The notes under the pieces were generated by a model. It was not told the origin of the DNA. It saw only the letters and a program-made list of their open reading frames with translations, and made no database searches. A stretch of DNA of 64,000 nucleotides, taken from Octopus sinensis. Its lineage: Eukaryota. The stretch lies in NCBI RefSeq assembly GCF_006345805.1, contig NC_043004.1, forward strand, positions 41,974,001 through 42,038,000, in the 5' to 3' direction. A program made the translations under genes and the position numbers. Positions 52,606 through 64,000 of the stretch are shown piece by piece. Position 1 is the stretch's first letter. Every line of letters starts with the position of its first letter.

Positions 52606-52860
52606 ATGATAGATCGCCTTGATAGATCGTTAGCTCCTACACGCATTTTTTCTCTCCTTTTTTCTCTCCTTGTTTTTTTCTTTCCTTGTTATTTTCTCTC
52701 CTTTTTTATCTCCTTGTTTTTCTCCTTTCTGTCGAAGAGCGTAAGCTCGAAACGTAAAAGACTTTTTCTATTTCTATTCCTTAGCGCTATACTAATACAT
52801 TTGTTTGTTTGTACTCTACCTGCCTTCGTCTTTTGTTTATTTTCGTAAACTTTCCCGTTA
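52606..52860 (+). mobile_element. Solo pLTR-like repeat (family F4)
   Basis: Homologous to 29640-29830; ends TTTCCCGTTA(TA)n. Confidence 0.7.
52725..52760 (+). ncRNA. Minimal hammerhead motif, A6U variant, loopless helix III
   Basis: CTTT-CTGTCGA-A-GAGC-GTAA-GCTC-GAAAC-GTA-AAAG. Confidence 0.65.
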
Positions 52861-53015
52861 TATATATATATATATATAGTTAATCCAAACGTGAACAAAA
52901 ACAGAAAACACAACGTGAGGACGTGGAACAAGTATAGTGTTATTAGACGCCCAGGAAAGGAAAGAAGATGACACACACACACACACACACACAGACACAT
53001 ACACACAGACATACA

Positions 53016-53062
<47 letters not shown>

Positions 53063-53629
53063 ATAACCATATCTGTAATTCTATTGATCAGACGTCTGCT
53101 GGCCTAGGGCTGATCCAGAGTTTTTGCGGGAACAACAACGTCGAAGCAAAAGTCAAAATATGGAAAAGAGCAAATCGAAACACAAGCATTACGGTAGCTA
53201 TATTTAAAATCATCTTTTAACTCAAGAAATAAATTGATTATATCATTATATATAATTGGTTGAAAAACAGTGTATGCGTCATATTTTGTTGGAGGATATT
53301 TACTGTTAAGTTGACCTATGATATTTTGTGTGATATTTTAGGTAATTTTTTAAATCTCATTATCTCACCATGCTAACTTTCAATTAATTTAGGTAAATTT
53401 TTTGTTCTGCGTACGTCATTTAGTACAACTCCACCTACCTGAAGCCTATGTCTCACGCATGGAAATGTACATATACATCCATGATCTTGTTCAAACACAA
53501 ACACAATTACGTGCATTGAAATATGACCCCCCCCACGCGCACACGCACACTCGCACACGCACACATGCACACACACACATAGATACAGATATATTTATAT
53601 ATATGCGTATACATACATATAAAAATATC

Positions 53630-53660
<31 letters not shown>

Positions 53661-53690
53661 GTGCTTATACATACATACAAAAACACACAT

Positions 53691-53737
<47 letters not shown>

Positions 53738-53859
53738 ATATATACATGTATATACATCCATACAGAAAAAAAGCATCCATCCAGATATACGCTTATAAAA
53801 CAAGTTGCATTTCTTTGATATTTACTCATTATTCACACAATGGTTGACAATTATACATA

Positions 53860-54048
53860 TACGTGTGTGTGTTTGTGTGTGTCAGTGTGAGAGACTGTGT
53901 GTGTGAGTGTGTGCGTGTGTGTCTGCACATATATATATATATATATATATACATATGTATATAAATATATATATACATATATATATATATATTGTGTATA
54001 TCTGTATGTATGTATATATATGTATACATACGTGTATGTATGTGTATG

Positions 54049-54093
<45 letters not shown>

Positions 54094-54541
54094 CATATAT
54101 AGTATATAATATATATATATACATATATCTATATATATATATCTATATATATATATATATATATATATACGTGTATGTATGTGTATGTATATATTTATGT
54201 GTGTGTGTGTGTGTGTGTGTACGCGTAGTAGAAAGTTTTTTTGCTTCATACTTTTTTCCCTTTGGTAATATGATTAAATTCCCTTCTCTCTGCCAATGTT
54301 TCTCGATTTTCCCCTTTCCAAGTTGCATCCATTTCTTTGTTTCATTCCTTTCTTTGTCTCGCAGAGGATACAGATGCAAACCGATTCTAAATAATAAGAA
54401 TTTGTTTACAAAATAGAAATGTCGTTTTAAAATGAGTGTTAATTTCTTAAGTATATCACATGGGTTTGTAACGAAATTATCAATTCTATTTCTCTTTCCC
54501 CTTCTCTCTTTCTGTCTCTCTCTTTCTTTCTCTCTCACTTG

Positions 54542-54616
<75 letters not shown>

Positions 54617-55060
54617 GTATGTATATATCTATAGTATGTATAGTATGTATATATCTATAGCATGTATAAAAACGTATGTAGCCACATACACACACATACA
54701 CACACACATATACACACATGCACATATGTATACGTATAAATATTGTTTTCTTCGTACGAAGTGAATGAAAAGATATATTCACATCTGTTCCAACGAGATT
54801 GATTGAAAAAATGCAATAAATTTATCTCACGCATTTTCAGAAACATCTTATTGTATGTCTGCACGTACACATGTATGTATAAATACATAGATAAGTACGT
54901 TTCTCTGCCAATTAAATTTTGTATGTATGTATGTATGTATGTATGTATGTATGTAGGTATGTAGGTATGTATGTATGTATGTATGTATGTATGTATGTAC
55001 GTACGTATGTATGTATGTATGTATGTATGTATGTATGCATATATATATGAATGTATCTAT

Positions 55061-55131
<71 letters not shown>

Positions 55132-55140
55132 CCTATCTGA
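53860..55140. repeat. Compound (TA)n/(TG)n/(CT)n/(TATG)n/(TATC)n microsatellites
   Basis: Directly visible, interrupted by short unique stretches. Confidence 0.9.
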
Positions 55141-55594
55141 TTCTATATGTACGTGTGTGTGTGTATGTCTCTGTCTCTGTGGATATGTGCGAGTGTTTGT
55201 GTGTGTCTGCATATGTCTGTATGCAGCATATCTGATTTTCATAAGATCCTCGCTCCACAGTCACGACGTGTCGGATTCATGTCATCTCGTGCAAATATCA
55301 TTTCCTTTCGCTTCGAAGCAACCCATTGATTTTGAAAGAAATTAGACAGAGATGGGAACTTCGTAGGACGTTGGATGGATTACACAACTCTGATTGAAAG
55401 GAATGATTTGTTACATACTCTTGCACGCTGATCCTTTCTGAGAATTACGTTAAGATTTTCTACGTCTGTGAAATACTCAGTTGCTTGAACTGTATTTCAG
55501 TTGATCGAATAGAATCCAATTCTCGAAACCGACGAATAACTAACAGTGTGTGTGTGTGTGTGCGCGCGCGCACGCTTTTATTAATGTGATGGTA

Positions 55595-55945
55595 TCTTTT
55601 TGTTTTACTTGTTTCAATCAGTTAACTGTGGCCATGCTGGAGCACCGCCTTTAGCCGAGCAAATCGACCCCAGGACTTATTCTTCGTTAGCCTAGTATAT
55701 AATCTATCGGTCTCTTTTGCCGATCCGCTAAGTTACGGGGACGTAAACACACCAGCATCGGTTGTCAAGCGATGTTGGGGAGACAAACACAGACACACAA
55801 ACATATATACAACGGACTTCTTTCGGTTTCCATCTACTAAATCAGCTCACAAGGCTTTGGTCGGCCCGAGGCTATAGTAGAAGACACTTGCCCAAAGTGC
55901 CACGCAGTGGGACTGAACCCAGAACCATGTGGTTCGTAAGCAAAG
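55595..55945 (-). mobile_element. tRNA SINE
   Basis: Family of 18000-18403. Confidence 0.8.
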
Positions 55946-56464
55946 ACTTCAGAAAAGAGTTCGTCTTTTGCTTCAGATATTGCAGGTCGAAGTGTCTTCA
56001 ATGGTTTAGCATACTTTTGTGGATAAAGATATTCTTTCAGTGGTTATCATGTTACCTTTGTGTACGTACCATCACCTCAATAAGCTAATATGTAGACTTT
56101 ACGATATGTTGTCGAATACCTAACTTAAAACAGTGTTTCTTCTACTTTGAAAGAGGATTTACAAACACATATGATACAAACACAGACAGACAGACACACA
56201 CACACACCACACACACACACACACGTACACACACACACACAAGCACACACATGCATATGGACATACACGTATATATTATACACAAAAGCAGACACACAAG
56301 CACAACCACACACGCACATTTATGTAAAAATAGATATATCATTAGACATCGAAAAACCGTGTCCACAAATGACATGGTATTCAGTGATTTTGAGGGCAGA
56401 GTGTATTATTTTATATATCGAATTTGTTAAGTTCTTCATCAGTGATTCGAAAATATATTCCAGT

Positions 56465-56501
56465 GAGCTTGAATACATACATACGTATGTATGTATGTAT
56501 G

Positions 56502-56535
<34 letters not shown>

Positions 56536-56785
56536 TGTATGGTATGTATGTATGGATGGATGTATGGATGTATGCATGCATGTATGTATGTATGTATGTA
56601 TGTATGTATGTATGTATGTATGTATGTATGGATGGATGGATGTATGGATGTATGCATGCATGTATGTATGTATGTATGTATGTATGTATGTATGTATGTA
56701 TGTATGTATGGATGGATGGATGTATGTATGTATGTATGTGTGTATGTGTGTGTATGTATGTATGTATGCATGTGTGTATGTATGT
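56465..56785. repeat. (TATG)n tract with a higher-order unit of about 70 bp
   Basis: gatggatgtatggatgtatgcatgc recurs near 56555 and 56635. Confidence 0.85.
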
Positions 56786-56789
56786 CAGG

Positions 56790-57190
56790 TTACTTTCAAG
56801 TGCTACTGGTAACATGAAACCCAGTACAACCTGTTGCATGGTCGGGTCGTCGGCGGCTAGACCGGCAACCCCACCAAGCTTGCTTGGTGAGGAGGGTGTT
56901 TATTGGACACCCTGCAGGATGAAAAACAAAACCCGTCAAATAAATGTCTTAAGGCTGTATCATGCGCGGGGACATAGAAATAATCGGACTGAATACCCGA
57001 TCGCGCGGTTAAACCATTGGGAGTGAAGGACTCCTAGCATCTGTTAGTGCATCCTTCTAGGAGAAGGTAACTCAAGTAACTGGGATAACTCCGACATAAA
57101 GCCTGCGGCTCAGTGGTTACCGATGATGTTGACTTGTTCTTCTTTTCGGATTATGGCTGCTGTTGCTTAGTGAGTGGGATTGACTCAGTG
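56790..57190 (+). other. GC-richer repeat-like insert, possibly an RTE-type 5' UTR fragment
   Basis: CTAGGAGAAGGTAACTC and GGCAACCCC motifs resemble RTE 5' UTRs (from memory); lies between (TATG)n tracts; no ORF. Confidence 0.3.
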
Positions 57191-57374
57191 CACAGCCTTT
57201 CCTCACTTTAAAAAAAGCTTATTGCACAGGCATTGCACGATGACAACATTGATTAAGCTTCGTGCAATGGCCATACTCGATAATGAGGGGGCAGCCACCA
57301 TGTATGTATGCATGCATGTATGTATGTATGTATGTATGTATGTATGTATGTATGTATGTATGTATGTATGTATG

Positions 57375-57408
<34 letters not shown>

Positions 57409-57724
57409 TGTATGTATGTATGTATGTATGTATGCATGTACGTACGTATGTATATATAGGGTGGGTGAAAAGTAAGTAGGCATTAAAGATTGATAATAAA
57501 ATCCATATTCCTTTTAAAAATATATTGAATCAAATAATACATGTTCTTTATTAGTGAATTTTCACTAATAAAGAACAAATTTCACTCTATGTGATATTTA
57601 CCTGTGGTATTACACAAAAGAGGAGATGTTCAAAACAAAACCTCCCACACTGGGGGATTTGGAGACCTGGACGTCCTTCATATACATATATAAATATATA
57701 TATATATAAATATGTATATATATG

Positions 57725-57773
<49 letters not shown>

Positions 57774-58001
57774 TATATATAAAATATTAGGAAATAAATC
57801 CAAACTTACAGGGAAAAATCAGATTTAGGATTGAATCCAATTTTATGGTAAAATATTATATTATATCAAATTAGAGATAAAACCACTATTAGGCAAATCA
57901 AACAATGAAAAACTTAAGCCAATACATAAAATTAATTAATTTATATTATTTTAAATATATATCAAAATTATTAAAAGTTTAATAAAAGATAATGAGTAAA
58001 A

Positions 58002-58060
58002 CACTACGATCGTTTCATGGCTGTCCAATTCGAGTTATGGTTACAGTCAATCTTTAGGTG
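58002..58060 (-). ncRNA. Hammerhead motif with G5A
   Basis: CAC-CTAAAGA-TTGACTGT...ACAGCCAT-GAAAC-GATC-GTA-GTG; perfect ACGATCGT palindrome. Confidence 0.65.
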
Positions 58061-58216
58061 ATTGAAATATTTATCTTAGCGAGGTTTAGCAATGAACTAA
58101 ATTCGAGTTATGGTTACAGTCAATCTTTAGGTGATTGAAATATTTATCTTAGAGAGGTTTAGCAATGAACTAAAATTTTAGTTCATTGCTAACCTCGCTA
58201 AGATAAATATTTCAAT

Positions 58217-58274
58217 CACCTAAAGATGACTGTAACCATAACTCGAATTGGACAGCCATGAAACGATCGTAGTG
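58217..58274 (+). ncRNA. Hammerhead motif with G5A (inverted copy)
   Basis: Reverse complement of 58002-58060 with a 1-nt deletion. Confidence 0.6.
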
Positions 58275-58621
58275 TTTTACTCATTATCTTTTATTAAACT
58301 TTTAATAATTTTGATATATATTTAAATAATATAAATTAATTATTTTATGTATTGGCTTAAGTTTTTCATTGTTTGATTTGCATAATAGTGGTTTTATCTC
58401 TAATTTATAATATATATATATATATAATATATATATATATCTATATATATATATATATATATAAGATGGAATCGACTACAATCTAGTGGTGGTACTTACA
58501 TACACCTTCGAACATCAGATTATTATAATATTCTGAAACGTTGGCCTTTCCCATTTCCTTTGCATACCGAAATCTGAACGTGCACACACAGACGCTAAAT
58601 GTGTGATAAGAAGAAGCTTGG

Positions 58622-58852
<231 letters not shown>

Positions 58853-60029
58853 CAATTTTGTATCATATACTTCAATATGTAATGGTAGCGTCGGCTTAGT
58901 AGTAATCGTACCGTGGTAGAAATATAAAATATCCTCACGAGTTCTCCATCATTATTATATATCCACAAACCCATTCGCTTTCACTTTGCGTATGTCAATT
59001 TCACAAACAGGTCAAACACCTTCATTTCCTTCCTCACGTCGGTATTTGCTATTTATCCTTCCACCTCCTACGTCAGTTGGTTAATCTCTTTTCTTAGAAT
59101 ATTTCGAATCATGGATTTCAGTATTTGATGTGATCACCAAAACAGATTAATCTTCCACAGAAATTGTGAACGGATCTGGAGCATCTCAATATGAACAATG
59201 TATTTGATTCATTCTGCGAAAGACAGTTCTTCGTCATACGATTATAAAAATATATTGAAAATATTGATGTTTTATAACATCCCGTCAAATAAAGTATCCT
59301 GACCCGTTTTATATTTCGACTTTGAATGAATTAAGTAGATTTTTTATATATTTATGAACACACAGTCAGACACATACATACATTCATACATACATACACA
59401 CATGCATGCATACACACACATACAAACATACATACATACATACATGCATGCATACAAACATACATACATACATGCATGCATACATACATACATACATACA
59501 TACATACATACATACATACACACACACACATAGACACACATAGGAACGAGCAGACACAGACAACCGAACATACATATCGGCTCCGTGCCCGTGAGCTGTG
59601 GCTACTGATCCGATCCGAGAACTCGTAATGAAACTGAAGCAATCACATGTGCAATTTCACTTTTCAGCACTTCTGCCGCTTATCTACGAACAGAGATGCA
59701 GTAGAAATCTCAATTAGCAAGTAGACTGTTTATAATCACGGTCTCAATTACTGTCATATACACCATATGTATTGAGTTCTCAGAAAAAATTCGTTTATGT
59801 TAATCTTTTCCAATGTTACTTGATTAAGCACGAAAAATAATTTTTTATTGTATTATAGTTTTTGCAGCTTCTATAGTTTTTTTGTTTTAATTTGAATAAA
59901 TTTCACTTCATTTCAGACATGACAGTGTAGTGTCAAGTACAAAAATATCGAACAGATTTATTTGACAAAAAAGTAAGTCTGGGTGGACACATATACACAC
60001 ATACATACATACATACATACATACATACA

Positions 60030-60061
<32 letters not shown>

Positions 60062-60138
60062 CGTATTTTCATACATACATAATACTTGTTATATATATAT
60101 AGTTATATATATGTATGATATATATATATATATTTATG

Positions 60139-60316
60139 GGTTCAGGCATGGCTTTGTGGTAAGAAGCTTGATTCCCAACAACGTGGTTGCTGGCTCAGTC
60201 CCACTGCGTGGCACCTTGGGCAAGTATCTTCTACTATAACCTGGGGCTGACCAAAGACTTTTCAGTGGATTTGGTAGACGGAAACTGAAAGAAACTTGTC
60301 GTATGTATGTAAATAC

Positions 60317-60372
<56 letters not shown>

Positions 60373-61045
60373 TATATATAATATATATATATATATAATA
60401 TATATATATATATATAATATAAATAATAATAAATATATGCATATATACATACATATATGTACATACATATATATCTATATATATATGCATATATGGGTAC
60501 AGACCATCAAGAAAAACGTTGAACACAATCAGAATTGCAGACATAAAAACAAAAATATAGAAACGAACTTTTTTTCGAACAACGAAAAAAACCCCAGAGT
60601 TGTCCCTGTTTCATCTACTCCAAGTTACGCAGGCAAGGACAAGATACGACTTCATTAAAGCAGTCCTTCCCGCAAAGCAAATTAAATAAAATTTGGAATT
60701 TTTGCGGAGGGTGAAATTGGTAGCAAGAACAGGACAGTGAGAACAAAACAGTAAAAACAAACGGTGAGGGTTGTTAAGTCGAGACGACAGAAGAAATATT
60801 CTGACCGCGAGGACGACGAGCTTATGAAGGAGACAGTATAAGCACGTCCTTTCTTTTCGAAGGTTGTGGGCATATGGAAGTGGATTTGGATATGTTTGTG
60901 TCTCTGTGTTATTCCCCACCATCGCTTGACAATCAATGTTGGTGTGTTTACGCCCCCGAAACTTAGCGGCTCGGCAAAAGATGCCGATAGAATAATTACT
61001 AGGCTTACAAAGAATAAGACCTCGGATCAATTTGTTCCACTAAGG
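60139..61045 (+). mobile_element. tRNA SINE split by an expanded (TA)n tract and a nested insert of about 400 bp
   Basis: Head at 60139-60300, tail resumes at about 60890-61045; unrelated sequence at about 60490-60880. Confidence 0.75.
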
Positions 61046-61649
61046 TAAAAGCATTAGATTTTTTTGTAAGAAAGCTAAAGAATGTGTACGGCAACAATGA
61101 AAAACAACAGAGAACAGGGTATGTAATTACAAATACAAACGACAAAGAAATAACAACAGGTGTCTTTCGAATTAAACTGAGCTGGTGTGTATGAAGTGAA
61201 AGCCTAAAAGCAGGAACATAGATGGAGTGTTGGCGGTCAGCATCAGTCAAAGAAAGAAAGATCATGGCTGGTCGGACAGAGATAATGTGGGAGGAGGAGA
61301 GAGGGGTAGGGGCAACGGGATTAAAGGATTAGAAAAAGAAAAAATCAGAGACGAAGGGAAAGGTACAACGGAGATTAACGAGGGGGAAGAGGTGAGAATT
61401 AAAGAAAGATAGGACCAAGAAATATATGAGAGAGAGAGAAGAGGGGGGAGCGAGAAAAAGAAAAAAAGGAAGAATGTATGAGGGGGACTAAAAGATACAG
61501 TAAGTGTCGCACAAAATTTAGATACATACCTACTATAAGGTGGGGGGGGGGCACAAGTGTGCACGTACGCCGCTATATGTATATATACATATAAAAAATG
61601 TAACAAAAACGCAACAGAGGACAATAAAACATTCGGACAGATAAACATA

Positions 61650-61658
61650 CAATGGCGG

Positions 61659-61719
<61 letters not shown>

Positions 61720-61945
61720 ACTTTATTAAAGCAGCAGAAAAATATATATCTATACATTCATACATACATACATGCAGGCATACGTACATACATACATACG
61801 TGCATATCTACATATGTATATATATATATATATATATATGTATGCATATATATGCTTTTATATGCTTTTATATATAAAAATATATGCATATATATATATA
61901 GGCATGTATATATAATATATATAGTATATATATATATATTATATA

Positions 61946-61976
<31 letters not shown>

Positions 61977-62007
61977 ATATATATATTATATAATATATAT
62001 ATATATG

Positions 62008-62056
<49 letters not shown>

Positions 62057-62468
62057 TATATATATAGGCATATATACGTATGCGCAAACACACACATACA
62101 CACTAGCACATACACACCACACATACACACACACATACACACAACACACATATACACACACAGCACACATATAAAATCGAGTGATATGAACGATAAAATG
62201 TGGCATTATGCGAGAATGGCGATAAAAATCCCAACATTTTACCACTTACCGAATATATGATTGGATATTTTCCGTCAGATAATGACATGTATTATGGAAC
62301 GTATAGCGTTTCTTATACTGAAATTGGCAATTCTTTTTCCAGTGTTTGGAAATTCATTTAGAGATATCCGGGACCATTCTCATAAAGAAATATAAGTAGA
62401 TTACTCTGTAGAACGCTGCAAAACACTCACACACGCGCGTGTAAGTATATGTATATATATATATGTTT

Positions 62469-62527
<59 letters not shown>

Positions 62528-62613
62528 ATATATATATATATATATAAACATATATATATGTGTATTATATATATAATTTTACATATACATACATATACAT
62601 ATATATTATATAT

Positions 62614-62644
<31 letters not shown>

Positions 62645-62906
62645 TATGTATATATATATATATATATACATATATATATTATATATATAAACATATATAT
62701 ATATATATATACTTACATACCTACATATTATATACATATGCTTATACATAATACATATATATATGTATTATGTGTATATATATATATATTATGTATATAT
62801 ATATATACAATATATATATATATATAATATATATATTAATATATATATATATATAATATATATGTGTGTGTGTGTATGTATGTATATATGTATGTATATA
62901 TGTATA

Positions 62907-62939
<33 letters not shown>

Positions 62940-62950
62940 ATATGTATTCA
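61650..62950. repeat. Degenerate (TA)n/(CA)n/(TG)n tracts
   Basis: Directly visible. Confidence 0.9.
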
Positions 62951-64000
62951 AACACTTTCCGCAACGGTAATTTATAAGTAACAGTGAATGCAACCCTATT
63001 ATATATTTGAGTAGGATATATGATTTCGTTAAGGCTTCCTATGTCAGAGCCATTTTCTATGCGAAATTGTTTATGACACAGTTTTGGTCTTAATACTATA
63101 CAAGATGGAATTGATTAATGAAATTTCTTATATCAAAATGAGAAGCCGGACAATATTCTAACTTTAAACGAAGATTGTAAATAATCTCGAAGTTGGAATT
63201 AAAAATGGTAATTTGGCATTACCTGAGATCTATTGTTACTTTATGTCCTTCAATTTGAATATAATTATCTTTGAATTTAATTTATCATCGACTACTTAAT
63301 TGCTAAACCATGAAATGTTACTATTTTGCTGAAACTATGGCCGACAAGGCTCTATAATTATAAAAATATAGCTGGGCTATATAAAATATTTGAAGAAAAG
63401 CATTGAATTTTAAATTAACTATATTTACGTTACAAGCGTTAATGTACGTGTTTTGTGAGTGTCCGTGTTTTGTGAGTGTCCGTGTGTGTGTGAGAGTTTG
63501 TGTTTGTGTATGGGTGTATATATATGCATGTTTATTATTTACAAAATATCAATCTACAAGAATATCGGATGATGGTTGATTGCGGCTGTGATTGGAGCGA
63601 AGGATTCTGTAGTATTTATAAGCTTTGAAAAGATAATAGAAAGAAGTGGTTCGGTGTCGGATCGATTAGCTGGGACTGGTAATTGTATTTTAGAATTTAA
63701 ACTAAGAACAATATGTATTAGAGTAAACTATCTTATTCTGGGAATATAGTCGACTGAATGAAATCAGTAAAACAATCCTGGGATATAAATCTACAACAGT
63801 TACAATGACACGTGCAACATAATCGCCCGGAACTATGCATTTATATTATGTTTTGCATACATACAAGCGTGAAGTATACTACGATGAAGCATCAGTGTAG
63901 TCAATCACTGGGCACTTGTTCGTACAACAGAAGCAAGCAAAACCTGCTTTGAATTTTACCCTACCAGGCTTTGAAAAGAAAGGATGCATTGAATAACATG

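Larger units (their letters stand above)
57783..58408 (-). mobile_element. Solo pLTR fold-back related to PLE-1 (family F7)
   Basis: The start matches 1794-1920; palindrome centre near 58176; about 72-bp tandem duplication in the left arm; (TA)n flanks. Confidence 0.85.

Noticed and set aside
58530-58545. GAAACGTT hammerhead 3' half
   Set aside because: No matching 5' core upstream.
60600-60665. Minus-strand TTAATGA-A-GTC...GAT-GAAAC motif in the nested insert
   Set aside because: Two core changes, no NUH triplet, no stem I.

Overview
AT-rich eukaryotic DNA packed with microsatellites and transposons. The SINE content suggests intronic or intergenic octopus (coleoid cephalopod) sequence; this is an inference. 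No host gene can be identified with confidence, and most listed ORFs are microsatellite artefacts. Positions 1.4-14.4 kb hold a cluster of Penelope-like retroelements (PLEs) anchored in (TA)n. It comprises a fold-back solo pseudo-LTR (pLTR), a near full-length RT + C-terminal GIY-YIG element with 2.36-kb direct pLTRs and an inverted pLTR, and a second 5'-truncated element. Reading the pLTR-like repeats by hand gives 13 minimal type I hammerhead ribozyme (HHR) motifs from 7 families, with short and mostly palindromic helix III. All three pairings of the 3-8 tertiary pair occur (C-G, G-C, U-A). The most unusual signal is in the long 3' region of PLE-1. It carries repeated antisense copies of the element's own endonuclease coding end, biased to T>C and G>A, which would pair with the CDS through G-U wobbles, plus a hairpin-dense inverted block. 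The rest of the window contains a Tx1/L1-clade LINE inside (TATC)n, CR1/L2-like and R4/Dong-like LINE remnants, Tigger, Tc1, maT, Helentron-like and Merlin-like DNA elements, and many tRNA-derived SINEs.
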